From assembly GCA_963754875.1 (NCBI GenBank), contig CAVWHO010000022.1, positions 152,985 through 216,984 on the forward strand: a stretch of 64,000 bases of DNA, given 5' to 3'. Origin of the DNA: Nitrospirota bacterium (GTDB lineage Bacteria; Nitrospirota; UBA9217). Each line of letters starts with the position of its first letter. Positions within the stretch are counted from its first letter, which is position 1. The translations under genes and the position numbers were made by a program. The notes beneath the pieces were generated by a model. The model worked only from the letters and a program-made list of their open reading frames with translations, ran no database searches and was not told where the DNA came from. Below are positions 50,857 through 62,902 of the stretch, in pieces.

Positions 50857-53349
50857 ATGGAACCACAAGAGATAAAATCACAGATCAACATCGAGCAGGA
50901 GATGAAGACCTCCTACCTCGACTACTCCATGAGCGTGATCGTGGGACGTGCGCTTCCGGACGTGCGCGACGGCTTGAAGCCCGTGCACCGCAGGATCCTC
51001 TATGCCATGTTCCGGGAAGGCCTGCTGCATAACAAGAAGTACTCGAAGAGCGCGGGCGTGGTCGGAGAAGTGTTGAAAAAGTACCATCCTCACGGCGACA
51101 GCGCCGTGTATGACACCATGGTCAGAATGGCCCAGGACTTCAACATGCGCTATCCGCTTGTAGACGGCCAGGGCAACTTTGGAAGTGTGGACGGTGATCC
51201 GGCCGCTGCCTATCGGTATACGGAAGCGAGACTGACAAAACTCGCCGAGGAGTTGCTCGCTGATATTGACAAAGAAACGGTAGACTTCGTCCCGAACTTC
51301 GACGACACGACGGTGGAGCCTTCTGTGCTCCCGACGCGCGTGCCGAACCTCCTGATCAACGGTTCGGCCGGCATCGCCGTCGGCATGGCAACAAACATCC
51401 CGCCCCATAATCTGGGAGAGATCGTGGACGGCCTCGTGATGATGATCGACAACCCTGAGGTCACGATCCCGGAACTCATGACCGCAATCAAAGGACCGGA
51501 TTTCCCGACCGCAGGCTTCATCCATGGGTACGAAGGTATCAAGCAGGCTTTCACGACAGGCCGTGGCATCATCCAGATGCGGGCACGGGCCACGATCGAG
51601 GAGGGTAGGGGAGAGCGGGAGAGCATCATCGTGACCGAGCTTCCGTACCAGGTGAACAAGGCACGGCTGCTCGAACGTATTGCCGAGCTGGTGCAGGAAA
51701 AGAAGATCACCGGCATCTCGGAGATACGGGACGAATCGGACCGCGAAGGCATGCGTATCGCCATCGACCTTAAAAAAGGCGAGATCTCAACGGTGATCCT
51801 GAACCAACTGTTCAAGCACACGGCCATGCAATCCACCTTCGGCGTGATCATGCTTGCGCTCGTGAATAACCAGCCGCGCGTCCTGAACCTCAGGAAGCTC
51901 CTTTCCAACTTTATCCAGCACCGCAGGGAGGTCGTGGTCCGGAGGACCAAGTACGATCTCAAGAAGGCCGAAGAGCGCGCCCATATTCTTTTAGGCCTTA
52001 AGATAGCACTCGACAATCTCGACGCGGTTATTACGCTCATCAAAGCCTCGGCAAATCCGGAGGAGGCAAAGAACGGCCTAGTGCGTGAGTTCAAACTTTC
52101 CGAGATCCAGGCACAGGCCATCCTGGAAATGCGGCTGCAGAGACTCACGGGACTCGAGCGGGACAAGATCATCGCCGAGTATGAAGAAACGCTGAAGGAG
52201 ATCGCGCGGCTTTCTGAGATCCTCGCCTCGGATGCGCTGGTGATGAAGATCATTCGGGACGAGCTGCTCGCGATCAAGGCCGAGTACGGCGATGTCCGCA
52301 GAACTGAGATTGTCGCCGAAACCTCGGAGATCGACATTGAAGACCTGATCAAGGACGAGGAGATGGTAATCACCATCTCTCATGCAGGCTATATCAAGCG
52401 CAACCCGCTCACGACTTATCGCGCGCAGAAACGCGGCGGCAAAGGCAAGATCGGCATGGAGACCAAAGAAGAGGATTTTGTCGAACGGCTCTTTACCGCG
52501 ACGGCGCACAGTTATATCCTGTTCTTTACGAACAAAGGCCGCGTGTACTGGCTCAAAGTGCACCAGATCCCGGAAGCAAGCAGGCAGGCGAAGGGCAAGG
52601 CCATCGTAAACCTGATTCAGATCAGCCAGGACGAGCGGGTCACCGCGGCCCTCCCCATCCGTGCGTTCACGCCGGACCACTTTATTCTCATGGCGACCAA
52701 ACAGGGAATCATCAAGAAGACCGAGCTCGAATCGTACAGCCATCCCCGTCCGTCCGGTATCATTGCGATCACCCTGGAAGAAGGTGACGAGCTTATCTCC
52801 GCAGAGGTCACCGACGGCACAAGGGACGTGTTCCTCGGCACGCGGGACGGACTCTCGATACGCTTCTCTGAAACCGATGTACGCGAGATCGGACGCACGG
52901 GCAAGGGCGTGATCGGCATCCGGCTTGACGAGGGCAACGAGGTCAAAGGCATGGAGATCGTGCGGGGCGATTCGACGATCCTGACGGTGACCGAGAACGG
53001 CTACGGCAAGCGCAGCACCCTGGAAGACTATCGCAGTCAGGGCCGCGGCGGCAAAGGCATCATTACGATCAAAATAACGGAAAAGAACGGCAGGGTCATC
53101 GGCATGGCCCAAGTGTCAGAAGAAGACGAGCTCATTCTCATCACTTCGAACGGCAAAGTACTGCGCATCCGGGCCAAGGATATTTCCGTCCAAGGCAGAA
53201 ACACGCAGGGGGTACGTCTCTTCGATATCGATGCAGGGGACAAGGTCGTGAGCTTCGCCAAACTGGTAGAGCGCGAGGATGAAAAAGACGTTGTCGCGGA
53301 CAAGACCGTCACTGGGCCCACTGCCGAGCCGGGCACCGGCACGTCATGA
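50857..53349 (+). CDS. gyrA: DNA gyrase subunit A
   Basis: [22 protein letters not shown] catalytic Tyr, GyrA-box QKRGGKG. Confidence 0.99.
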   Translation: MEPQEIKSQINIEQEMKTSYLDYSMSVIVGRALPDVRDGLKPVHRRILYAMFREGLLHNKKYSKSAGVVGEVLKKYHPHGDSAVYDTMVRMAQDFNMRYPLVDGQGNFGSVDGDPAAAYRYTEARLTKLAEELLADIDKETVDFVPNFDDTTVEPSVLPTRVPNLLINGSAGIAVGMATNIPPHNLGEIVDGLVMMIDNPEVTIPELMTAIKGPDFPTAGFIHGYEGIKQAFTTGRGIIQMRARATIEEGRGERESIIVTELPYQVNKARLLERIAELVQEKKITGISEIRDESDREGMRIAIDLKKGEISTVILNQLFKHTAMQSTFGVIMLALVNNQPRVLNLRKLLSNFIQHRREVVVRRTKYDLKKAEERAHILLGLKIALDNLDAVITLIKASANPEEAKNGLVREFKLSEIQAQAILEMRLQRLTGLERDKIIAEYEETLKEIARLSEILASDALVMKIIRDELLAIKAEYGDVRRTEIVAETSEIDIEDLIKDEEMVITISHAGYIKRNPLTTYRAQKRGGKGKIGMETKEEDFVERLFTATAHSYILFFTNKGRVYWLKVHQIPEASRQAKGKAIVNLIQISQDERVTAALPIRAFTPDHFILMATKQGIIKKTELESYSHPRPSGIIAITLEEGDELISAEVTDGTRDVFLGTRDGLSIRFSETDVREIGRTGKGVIGIRLDEGNEVKGMEIVRGDSTILTVTENGYGKRSTLEDYRSQGRGGKGIITIKITEKNGRVIGMAQVSEEDELILITSNGKVLRIRAKDISVQGRNTQGVRLFDIDAGDKVVSFAKLVEREDEKDVVADKTVTGPTAEPGTGTS

Positions 53350-54134
53350 AAAAGTTTTTTGTACTTCTCCTGCTGGGGATCTTCCTGACAGGGTGTGATG
53401 TCTTCGATAAGACCGCAAACAACGACTACGAAGCTGCGACCAAGCGCTGGAATGCGGGTGAATATCAGACAGCGGTCAAGCTGTATCTTACGCTCGTCAA
53501 GGAGCACCCCTATAGTTCAAAAGCCGACGATGCGCTTTATTGGGCCGGGGTAACGCAGTTTCTCTATTTGGGGGAGACCGAGAAGGCGCTCCAGACGCTG
53601 CGGTTGCTTTTGAAGACCTACCCGCGCCGCGACATGGCCCCGTACGCCCAGTGGTATATCGCGCAAATCTACGAATTGGGGTACAGTGAATATGATCGCG
53701 CCATCGTGGAATATCGCAAGGCATCGGAATACGCGAACCGCGAGGTGCGGGAGAAGAGTCTGTACAGTCTTGCCGAGTGTCTGTTCCGTGTCGGCAAAAT
53801 AGAGGAAGCACGGACCACGTGGACCCGTCAGGTGACGGAGTTTCCGAAGGGGCAGCAGTCGCGACTTGCGTACTTCCGGCTTGGTACGGCCGCTTTTTCG
53901 AAAGGCGAACTCGATAAGTCCGAACAGTTTTACCGAAAAGCCCTTGAACAGAACGACGACAAGGAACTTGTAATCAAGGCAAAATTCGCCCTCGCAGAAT
54001 GCCTGGAGCTTGGCGACAACCTAAATGAAGCGCTCAAACTCTATAAAGAAATCGAGCCCGTATATCCGAATCCCGAGTCCATCCAGATCAAGATCAATGC
54101 GCTCGAAAAGAGGATCATCAAGAAAAGTTATTGA
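53346..54134 (+). CDS. TPR lipoprotein (BamD/CpoB-like)
   Basis: Lipobox LTGC; TPR repeats '[13 protein letters not shown]', 'YP..MAPYAQW'. Confidence 0.75.
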   Translation: MKKFFVLLLLGIFLTGCDVFDKTANNDYEAATKRWNAGEYQTAVKLYLTLVKEHPYSSKADDALYWAGVTQFLYLGETEKALQTLRLLLKTYPRRDMAPYAQWYIAQIYELGYSEYDRAIVEYRKASEYANREVREKSLYSLAECLFRVGKIEEARTTWTRQVTEFPKGQQSRLAYFRLGTAAFSKGELDKSEQFYRKALEQNDDKELVIKAKFALAECLELGDNLNEALKLYKEIEPVYPNPESIQIKINALEKRIIKKSY

Positions 54135-54161
54135 CAACAGAAGAGGAGAATGATACCTTAA

Positions 54162-55454
<1,293 letters not shown>

Positions 55455-55513
55455 ATTACAGAGACGGTTCTTGAATTTCTCTGTATTCTGACTTCTGTCA
55501 TCTGCATTTATTC

Positions 55514-55599
<86 letters not shown>

Positions 55600-55713
55600 G
55601 AATAAAAAATACGTACAGAATAAACAGCACGGAGTTCTCAGTGAACGGCAGGGCGCGTTTCTTCCGGACCCGAACTTTATGCTGAGAACTCTGTGCTCGT
55701 ACCGTTGTCAACC

Positions 55714-55803
55714 GGAGAGGTGGCCGAGCGGCTGAAGGCAGCTGCCTGCTAAGCAGTTGTGGGGGTGACTCCACCCCGGGTTCGAATCCCGGCCTCTCCG
55801 CCA
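55714..55803 (+). tRNA. tRNA-Ser(GCT)
   Basis: Anticodon loop CT-GCT-AA, long variable arm, CCA. Confidence 0.97.
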
Positions 55804-55888
55804 TTATTCACAACACCGCTCGTGCGCCCCAGCGGGTTTCACGGCATGTATGCAAAAGAGGGGATACCTTTTTGAGGAGGGCAACACC

Positions 55889-56401
55889 ATGGTAAAGAAG
55901 ACGGTTGCGCTTGCAGTTGTACTTATATTCGTAGTCTCCTTCGGGGCATGCAAAAAGAAAGAACCGAAGCCGCAGATGCCGCCGGGGCATATTGCCCTGG
56001 AAGGTGGAATGCCGGCAGCCGGTATGCCAAACATGCCCAAAGTCGAGCGGAACGTCGTTGTTTCGAAGGAAGTAGCGGCGAAGTGGAAGGCAGTGAAACT
56101 CGCCGTTGAGGATAAAGCGGCAAAGACAACGAAGGAATATACGGTCAATATTGGATCTGAGCTGGCGATTCCTAATACCACCTTGACGGTGAAGATCCTT
56201 GCGTTCCTGCCGGATTTCAAGATGTCGGACAAGGAGTTTTACTCAGTGTCTGATAAGCCCAATCAGCCCGCGGCGCAAGTCGTCGTCACCGAGAACGGCA
56301 AAGAAATCTGGAACAACTGGCTATTCTCCCTGATGCCTAGTATCCATCCGTTCCAGCATGAGAAGATCGGCATTCTTCTTGTTGGCGGCGTAACAAAGTA
56401 G
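55889..56401 (+). CDS. Lipoprotein, DUF2155-like
   Basis: Lipobox FGAC, MPPGH linker, 'NQPAAQV..ENG..WLF..P..HPFQH'. Confidence 0.7.
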   Translation: MVKKTVALAVVLIFVVSFGACKKKEPKPQMPPGHIALEGGMPAAGMPNMPKVERNVVVSKEVAAKWKAVKLAVEDKAAKTTKEYTVNIGSELAIPNTTLTVKILAFLPDFKMSDKEFYSVSDKPNQPAAQVVVTENGKEIWNNWLFSLMPSIHPFQHEKIGILLVGGVTK

Positions 56402-56472
56402 TACGAACACGAAAATAGCGTATCCACGATTGAATGCACAGGCACGTTTGCTTGAATCTGTGCATTTTATTT

Positions 56473-56549
56473 GCGCCCATAGCTCAGCTGGATAGAGCAA
56501 CGGACTACGAATCCGTAGGCCAGAGGTTCGAATCCTCTTGGGCGCACCA
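56473..56549 (+). tRNA. tRNA-Arg(ACG)
   Basis: Anticodon loop CT-ACG-AA, GTTCGAATC, CCA. Confidence 0.97.
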
Positions 56550-56551
56550 CT

Positions 56552-57052
56552 ATGTATTTTAATATGAATTATCCGGGGCTAAAGAGCGACGAAGATTTCA
56601 TGGGCATGGCGCTGGTTGAGGCTGAAAAAGCCTTCGCTCTCGGCGAGACCCCGGTCGGAGCAGTGCTCGTCATAGACCAGGAAGTGGTTGCCGCAGCGCA
56701 TAACATGCGGGAGACCTGGCAGGACCCGGCAGCCCACGCAGAACTCCTTGTTGTGCGAGAGGCAGCGGCCCGACTCGGGAGGTGGCGGCTTCAAGATGCC
56801 GCGGTCTACGTGACGCTGGAGCCGTGCCTCATGTGTGCCGGTGCGCTCGTGCTTGCACGGGTCGGCCGGTTGGTATACGGATGCCGGGACCCGAAAGCGG
56901 GCGCCCTCGGGTCCGTGTATGACGTCGTGCGAGACGGAAGGCTGAATCATACTTACCGGATCACACCGGGGGTGCTCGAGGCAGAGTGCCGTGAGATGCT
57001 CTCGAAGTTTTTTGTAAAATTGAGAAATCAGTCTAAGAGCCCAACGAGCTGA
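56552..57052 (+). CDS. tadA: tRNA adenosine(34) deaminase TadA (start may be 56564)
   Basis: PVGAV, HAE, TLEPCLMC, DPKAGA, LNH. Confidence 0.95.
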   Translation: MYFNMNYPGLKSDEDFMGMALVEAEKAFALGETPVGAVLVIDQEVVAAAHNMRETWQDPAAHAELLVVREAAARLGRWRLQDAAVYVTLEPCLMCAGALVLARVGRLVYGCRDPKAGALGSVYDVVRDGRLNHTYRITPGVLEAECREMLSKFFVKLRNQSKSPTS

Positions 57053-57141
57053 GCATAGTAATGTAAAGGTGCTGCAAGGCGCTGTATTGTATAGTGCCCT
57101 GGACTCTTAAGACGTTAAAAAACCATAGACTTGTCGTCAAC

Positions 57142-57231
57142 GGAGAGGTGGCCGAGTGGCTGAAGGCGGCAGTCTCGAAAACTGTTGTGGGGGTAACTCC
57201 ACCCCGGGTTCAAATCCCGGCCTCTCCGCCA
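57142..57231 (+). tRNA. tRNA-Ser(CGA)
   Basis: Anticodon loop CT-CGA-AA, long variable arm, CCA. Confidence 0.96.
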
Positions 57232-57238
57232 TCAATAA

Positions 57239-57328
57239 TAGTTCAGAGTTCAAAGTTTAGAGTACAAAGTCGATGCAGGCCAAGAAGTCAGACGTCACTC
57301 TGAACTTTGTACTGTGAACTTTGAACTG
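57239..57328. repeat. Inverted arrays of AGTTCAR-like heptamers forming a long hairpin between tRNAs
   Basis: Left arm 57239-57270 pairs with right arm 57297-57328; a second such hairpin at 57434-57523. Confidence 0.75.
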
Positions 57329-57336
57329 TAGTCAAC

Positions 57337-57424
57337 GGAGAGGTGGCCGAGCGGCTGAAGGCGCACGCTTGGAAAGCGTGTTTAGGGAAACCTAACGTGG
57401 GTTCGAACCCCACCCTCTCCGCCA
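57337..57424 (+). tRNA. tRNA-Ser(GGA)
   Basis: Anticodon loop TT-GGA-AA, long variable arm, CCA. Confidence 0.96.
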
Positions 57425-57531
57425 TATATTAAAGATAGTACTGAGTTCAGAGTACAAAGTAAAAAAACGCAGCAGGAACGGAACGAGAGCTGTTTTACTC
57501 TGAACTTTGTATTATGAACTGTCTTGTTCGC

Positions 57532-57644
57532 GCTCATGAGCCCGGGTCCTGCGCAACCACGGTCCCGTGAATCCCGTCAGGTCCGGAAGGAAGCAGCGGT
57601 AAACGGGTTCCGGGTGTGCCGCAGGGGTGCCCGGGTTTATGAGC
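57532..57644 (+). ncRNA. ffs: Signal recognition particle RNA (small bacterial 4.5S type)
   Basis: Conserved CAGGTCCGGAAGGAAGCAGC domain IV; closing stem gctcatgagcccggg/cccgggtttatgagc; upstream of dnaX. Confidence 0.95.
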
Positions 57645-57792
57645 CTTTTAATTTACACAGAAGTTCCCCCTCGAAGTTTCACTGGCGTATTTTTCTTTCA
57701 TCCGTGTTTATCCGTGTCGTTCATTTCGCCTTTTTTGTTCATCCGTGATGTTCATGCAGTTTTGATTTTATGGGCGTTGTCGTGAGGGTGCT

Positions 57793-59439
57793 ATGAGTTA
57801 CCAGGTGCTTGCCAGAAAATGGAGGCCCCAGGTTTTCGAAGACGTGGTCGGCCAGGGGCATATTACGCGAACGCTCCAGAATGCGATCACGTCCGGGCGG
57901 CTGGCCCATGCCTTCCTGTTTTCCGGTCCGCGAGGCGTCGGCAAGACCACCACGGCCCGCATCCTTGCAAAAGCACTGAACTGCGATCAGGGACCGACGC
58001 CGACCCCCTGCGGGAAATGCGACTCCTGCCTCGAGACCGCAGCGGGCACCGCAGTGGATGTCGTTGAGATCGACGGAGCGTCCAACCGCGGCATCGAACA
58101 CATCCGCGAGCTGCGCGAGGCCGTCAAGTACGCGCCTGTGGGCGGAAAGTACAAGGTCTATGTCATCGACGAAGTCCACATGCTCACGAATGAGGCGTTC
58201 AATGCGTTGTTGAAGACCCTCGAAGAGCCGCCGCCTCATGTAATCTTTATTTTCGCCACAACGGAACCGCAGAAAATCCCCGCCACCATCCACTCTCGAT
58301 GCCAACGCTACGGTTTCAAACGGGTCGCGGTGCACGAGATCATCGAACGACTCCGCACGATAGCCGCTGCCGAACGCATTACCATCTCCGATTCGGGCCT
58401 AGCCATGATTGCGCGAGCCGCGGAAGGCAGCATGCGCGATTCGCAGAGCCTTCTTGATCAGGCGGTCTCGTACAGCGGCCTGGAGATCAAGGATGAAGAA
58501 CTTCAGGCAACCCTGGGTTCAGTTGTCCAGGCAGCCCTCCTCCAGTTCGCGGCCGGCCTGCTGGCGAGGGACGCTGCAGGTCTGCTCAGGCATATCGATA
58601 CCCTGCTGGAGCAGGGGCAGGACATGCGCCAGTTTCTCGCCGGCGTCGTGGAGCATGTGCGGAACCTCCTGGTCGTGAAGGTCGCATCCGACCCGAGCCA
58701 GATCATTGAGCTGTCCATTGCCGACGTCGAAGCCATCAAACAGCAGGCAGCCGGAGCGGATGCCGAACGCCTCCTGATGCTGTTCGATAGCCTCTCAAAA
58801 ACGCTTGACGATATGCGCTGGTCTCCGCATCAGCGGTTCACGCTTGAAGTCGGGCTGATCAAGGCCTGCACCATTGCGGAGCTTCAGCCCCTTTCCGAAG
58901 TACTGGGCCACATGAAAGAGCTTGAGGCCAGGCTTGCACGCAGCGGGTCCGTGCCGGCGCCGTCTCCTGCCGCCCACCGGATCAGCGAGCGGTCCGCACC
59001 CTACACCTCTTCGCCGAAAACTTCTGCACCGTCATCCCAACCGACTGCTGCCGGAGAGGGGGGCGAGCACGGCGACCTGTGGGAAGGGATCATAGCCGCG
59101 CTCAAATCGAAAAAACCCAGTCTTGCCTCTGTGCTCGGGCATGGCAGGATCATCAGCGTTACGAACAGCGAACTCGTGATCGGCGTCACGGGCAGCAGTT
59201 TTCAGGTTGATCTCGTTGATAAACGCGAAAATAGAATGCTGATCGAAGAACTCGTTGCCGGAATTGTGAGCAAAAAGCTGAGCGTAAAGGTTCAGCACCT
59301 TGCGGGCGCACCAAAGCAGGAGGCCAAAACGAAAGGCGAGAAAAAAACAAAACACGAAGAACAGGATCCCGCGGTAAAGGATGTGCTCCGCGTCTTTCCC
59401 AAAGGCGAGGTCATCGAGCCCGACCATCCGTCAGAGTAA
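57793..59439 (+). CDS. dnaX: DNA polymerase III subunit gamma/tau
   Basis: ARKWRP, GPRGVGKTT, IDEVHML, SRCQ. Confidence 0.98.
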   Translation: MSYQVLARKWRPQVFEDVVGQGHITRTLQNAITSGRLAHAFLFSGPRGVGKTTTARILAKALNCDQGPTPTPCGKCDSCLETAAGTAVDVVEIDGASNRGIEHIRELREAVKYAPVGGKYKVYVIDEVHMLTNEAFNALLKTLEEPPPHVIFIFATTEPQKIPATIHSRCQRYGFKRVAVHEIIERLRTIAAAERITISDSGLAMIARAAEGSMRDSQSLLDQAVSYSGLEIKDEELQATLGSVVQAALLQFAAGLLARDAAGLLRHIDTLLEQGQDMRQFLAGVVEHVRNLLVVKVASDPSQIIELSIADVEAIKQQAAGADAERLLMLFDSLSKTLDDMRWSPHQRFTLEVGLIKACTIAELQPLSEVLGHMKELEARLARSGSVPAPSPAAHRISERSAPYTSSPKTSAPSSQPTAAGEGGEHGDLWEGIIAALKSKKPSLASVLGHGRIISVTNSELVIGVTGSSFQVDLVDKRENRMLIEELVAGIVSKKLSVKVQHLAGAPKQEAKTKGEKKTKHEEQDPAVKDVLRVFPKGEVIEPDHPSE

Positions 59440-59587
59440 CCTCCCGGGAGGGCGGTGCCGATTTTAAGGTTATTTATTTTTTTTATAAGCCCACAGAGCC
59501 GCCATTTTTGCTTGCAAATGCCCATAAATTCTTTTATTATATTCTCCCTTATCCTTTTTTAAAAATTCTGAATTCAAAGGTTTTTCC

Positions 59588-59908
59588 ATGTCAAAAAATA
59601 TGCTCAGCAATATCATGAAGCAGGCCCAGCAGATGCAGGAGCGGGTGAAAAAGCTCCAGGAAGAGGCCGCGGGCAAGACCGTTGAGGCGTCCTCAGGCGG
59701 CGGTATGGTAACGGTTGTCGCCAATGGCCGGCAGGAGGTGCTTTCCATCAAAATAGACCCCTCCGTGGTCGACCCGAAGGACATCGATATGCTCCAGGAC
59801 CTGGTCACTGCCGCGGTGAATGAGGCGCTCAGAAAATCGCAGGACCTGATGAAGGAAGAAATGGGCAAGCTTACCGCCGGCATGGGGCTTCCTCCGGGGC
59901 TGTTCTAA
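59588..59908 (+). CDS. ybaB: Nucleoid-associated protein YbaB/EbfC
   Basis: MKQAQQMQ, SGGGMVTV, MLQDLVTAAVNEA. Confidence 0.96.
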   Translation: MSKNMLSNIMKQAQQMQERVKKLQEEAAGKTVEASSGGGMVTVVANGRQEVLSIKIDPSVVDPKDIDMLQDLVTAAVNEALRKSQDLMKEEMGKLTAGMGLPPGLF

Positions 59909-59977
59909 GAATGTCGGATTGCCGAATGCGGATTTCGGAATACAGGCCGAGGCAACCGTAGACGTGAGTCTGCGTTC

Positions 59978-60697
59978 ATGGTGTTACGTATAATGGAGCA
60001 CAGCGCTCAGGAAGACAAGGCGGCGAAGAGGGAACAGGAGCAATCGTCCCGGGCTGCCTCGCTTGCACGAAAACAGGGAAGAGCCGGGGCGCAGGTCGCC
60101 GACGTCTCGGGCAGTGCCCTCGGCAGGATGGTCGAGGCTTTCATGAAGCTTCCCGGCATCGGCAGAAAAAGCGCCGAGCGTCTTGCCTTTGCCGTGCTCG
60201 GCATGCCACGCGAAGAGGCCGCGGGAATTGCGCAGGCCATCCTGGACCTGAAGAACAACAGCCGGTACTGCACTGTTTGCAACAACATCACCGAGGACGA
60301 GCTCTGCGGCATCTGCCGCGATGTACGGCGGGACGGCACCCGGATCTGCGTGGTGGAAGAGCCGAGCAACATCCTCATCCTCGAAAAGAGCGGCATCTTC
60401 CGCGGACGCTACCATGCACTCCTCGGCGCGATCTCGCCCCTCGACGGCATCGGCCCCGAGGACCTCAAGATCGACGGCCTCCTGGACCGGCTGAGATCCG
60501 GCGGGGTCAAGGAAGTCATCATTGCGACGAACCCCACGGTAAAGGGCGAGACCACGGCCCTGTACCTTTCGAAGTTGATCAAACCGCTGGGCATCAGCGT
60601 CAGCCGCATCGCGTACGGTCTCCCGGTGGGCGGAGACATCGAATACGCGGACGAGAACACGGTCCAGCGGGCGCTCGAAGGCCGGCGGGAAATGTAA
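59978..60697 (+). CDS. recR: Recombination mediator RecR (start uncertain)
   Basis: LPGIGRKSAERL, C4 zinc finger, CVVE, Toprim, IAYGLPVGGDIEYAD. Confidence 0.96.
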   Translation: MVLRIMEHSAQEDKAAKREQEQSSRAASLARKQGRAGAQVADVSGSALGRMVEAFMKLPGIGRKSAERLAFAVLGMPREEAAGIAQAILDLKNNSRYCTVCNNITEDELCGICRDVRRDGTRICVVEEPSNILILEKSGIFRGRYHALLGAISPLDGIGPEDLKIDGLLDRLRSGGVKEVIIATNPTVKGETTALYLSKLIKPLGISVSRIAYGLPVGGDIEYADENTVQRALEGRREM

Positions 60698-60792
60698 CAA
60701 TGTAAGTTCATTGCGGAATATGGATTGCGGATTCAACCCTCAATTCGTCGCGTACATCCCTACTCCGAACTTGACTTGTGGAGGACAAGGTT

Positions 60793-61370
60793 ATGGCAGA
60801 AATGATCGAGATCAGATGGCACGGGAGGGGCGGCCAGGGCACCGTGACCGCGGCCAAGGTACTCGCGGACGCATGTCTTTCCGGCGGTCGACAACGTGCA
60901 GGCATTCCCGGAATACGGGCCCGAGCGCGCAGGCGCACCGCTTCGCGCGTATAACCGGATCAGCGAGAAGATCCTCCGGATGCACTGCCCGGTGCTGAAC
61001 CCCGGCGTCGTGGCGGTCGTTGATGCGACGCTTCTCGACGCGATCAATGTTGCCGAGGGCGCGAAGGACGACGCTGTCTTCATCATCAACACGAGCAAGG
61101 ACCCGAAGGAGGTGCGGGCGAAGCTCAAGGCCAAGCCGTCTCAGAAGGTCTTCACCGTCGATGCGTCGAAGATCGCGACCGAGACCATCGGCAGGAATAT
61201 GCCGAACTCCTGCATGCTCGGCGCGGTGAACAGGGCCACGCATATCGTAACCATGGAAGTACTGCTCGATGATGTGAAAGGCAGCTTCGGCAAGAAGTTC
61301 GCGCAGAAGATCATCGACGGGAATCTCGACCGCGGTCAAGCGCGGGTACGAGGAGGTACATGAAGGATGA
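60793..61370 (+). CDS. porC: Pyruvate/2-oxoacid:ferredoxin oxidoreductase gamma subunit; two +1 frameshifts (~60893, ~61330)
   Basis: [22 protein letters not shown] then [14 protein letters not shown]; the corrected end ..[16 protein letters not shown] overlaps the porD ATG (ATGA). Confidence 0.9.
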
Positions 61371-61660
61371 AACAGATGAACTGGAAAGAACTGCCGCATG
61401 CCGGAACGGTTCTGAAGGCCGGCAATGCGAATGAATATAAGACCGGCTCGTGGCGTTCGCTCAAGCCGCGCTGGATCGAGGAGAACTGTATCCAGTGCCT
61501 GTTCTGCTGGATCTATTGTCCTGATACGGCGGTCAAGGTAAAAGACGAGAAGATGACCGGGTTCGATTACGACCACTGCAAAGGCTGCGGTGTCTGCGCC
61601 ATGGAATGCCCGGGCAAAAAAGGAAACAAGGCCATTGTTATGGAAGAGGAGGGCAAATAA
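61367..61660 (+). CDS. porD: POR delta subunit (2x[4Fe-4S])
   Basis: TGSWR, CIQCLFCWIYCP, CKGCGVCAMECP. Confidence 0.93.
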   Translation: MKQMNWKELPHAGTVLKAGNANEYKTGSWRSLKPRWIEENCIQCLFCWIYCPDTAVKVKDEKMTGFDYDHCKGCGVCAMECPGKKGNKAIVMEEEGK

Positions 61661-61661
61661 C

Positions 61662-62852
61662 ATGGGCGCGACAACGACCAAGACCGTGGCGGTAACCGGC
61701 AACCAGGCAGTTGCAGAAGCGCTCCGCCAGTTGAACCCCGATGTGATGCCGGCGTATCCTATCACGCCGTCGACAGGAATCATGGAATCGTTCACGACCT
61801 TCGTTTCGAACGGCAAGGTGGACACCGAGACGATCCTCGTGGAGAGCGAGCACAGCGCCATGAGCGCCTGCATCGGCGCCTCGGCAGCAGGCGGACGAGT
61901 GGCAACGGCGACCACCGCACAGGGCCTCGCCCTCATGTGGGAGATGCTGCACATCGCCTCGGGATACCGTTTGCCGATCCTGATGGAACTGGTGAACCGG
62001 GCGCTGTCAGCGCCGCTCAACATCCACGGCGACCACTCCGACGGCATGGGCATGCGCGACTGTGGTTGGATACAGCTTTTTTCCGAGAACGCCCAGGAGG
62101 CCTATGACAACACGGTCATGGCGTACCGGATCGCCGAGCACAAGGACGTGCGGCTGCCGATCGCGGTCAATATGGACGGGTTCATCATCAGCCACTCCAT
62201 CGAGAGCATGCAGTACATGACCGATGAGGACGTAAAGAAGTTCGTCGGCGAATACATCGCGATCGACCCGCTCCTCGATATGGATAACCCGAAAAGCATC
62301 GGCGCACTGGTGCTGCCGGATTACTATATGGAGCATAAACGCGCCCAGCATGAAGCCATGCTGAACGCGAAGAAGGTCATCCAGGATGTTTCCGCGGAAT
62401 TCGCGAAATTCACGGGCAGGAGCTACGGGCTCTTTGAATCCTACCGCCTCGAAGACGCCGAGGTCGTTCTTGTTGCTTTGAACTCCGCAGCAGGCACGAT
62501 CAAGGACGAAGTTGACCGCTACCGTGAAAAGGGCGTGAAAGCCGGATTGCTCAAGCCCCGCGTGTTCAGGCCCTTCCCGTATGAGGAAGTCGGCGCTGCG
62601 CTCAAGAACGCCAAGGCCGTCTGCGTCATGGACCGGGCGGATTCCTACGGCGGCTACGGTCCTCTCTTCATGGAGATCGCCCCGGCCGTCTATCCCTATC
62701 GCCAGGGACCATTGTTGTTCAATAAGATCTACGGCCTGGGCGGCAGGGACCTGATGCCGCTCGATGTGGACCAGGTGATCGACGAGACCATCGAGGTCGC
62801 CAAGACCGGCAAGGTCAAGATGATCAAAGAGTACATCACGGTCAGGAACTGA
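61662..62852 (+). CDS. porA: POR alpha subunit
   Basis: TGNQAVA, AYPITP, VESEHSA, NRALSAPLNI. Confidence 0.94.
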   Translation: MGATTTKTVAVTGNQAVAEALRQLNPDVMPAYPITPSTGIMESFTTFVSNGKVDTETILVESEHSAMSACIGASAAGGRVATATTAQGLALMWEMLHIASGYRLPILMELVNRALSAPLNIHGDHSDGMGMRDCGWIQLFSENAQEAYDNTVMAYRIAEHKDVRLPIAVNMDGFIISHSIESMQYMTDEDVKKFVGEYIAIDPLLDMDNPKSIGALVLPDYYMEHKRAQHEAMLNAKKVIQDVSAEFAKFTGRSYGLFESYRLEDAEVVLVALNSAAGTIKDEVDRYREKGVKAGLLKPRVFRPFPYEEVGAALKNAKAVCVMDRADSYGGYGPLFMEIAPAVYPYRQGPLLFNKIYGLGGRDLMPLDVDQVIDETIEVAKTGKVKMIKEYITVRN

Positions 62853-62902
62853 AAACAATTTCCCATTCGGCATTCACAGAATGTCGCGCACAGGAGAACA
62901 CA

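Noticed and set aside
51080..51125. Quinolone-resistance substitutions in GyrA
   Set aside because: QRDR reads HGDSAVYD, with wild-type Ser83 and Asp87 equivalents
57239..57523. CRISPR array
   Set aside because: The repeats are inverted degenerate heptamers without unique regular spacers; no cas genes
57793..59439. Programmed -1 frameshift in dnaX
   Set aside because: A-runs exist (e.g. GAAAAAAC, GAAAAAAAC), but I found no canonical A AAA AAG heptamer with an upstream SD and downstream stem
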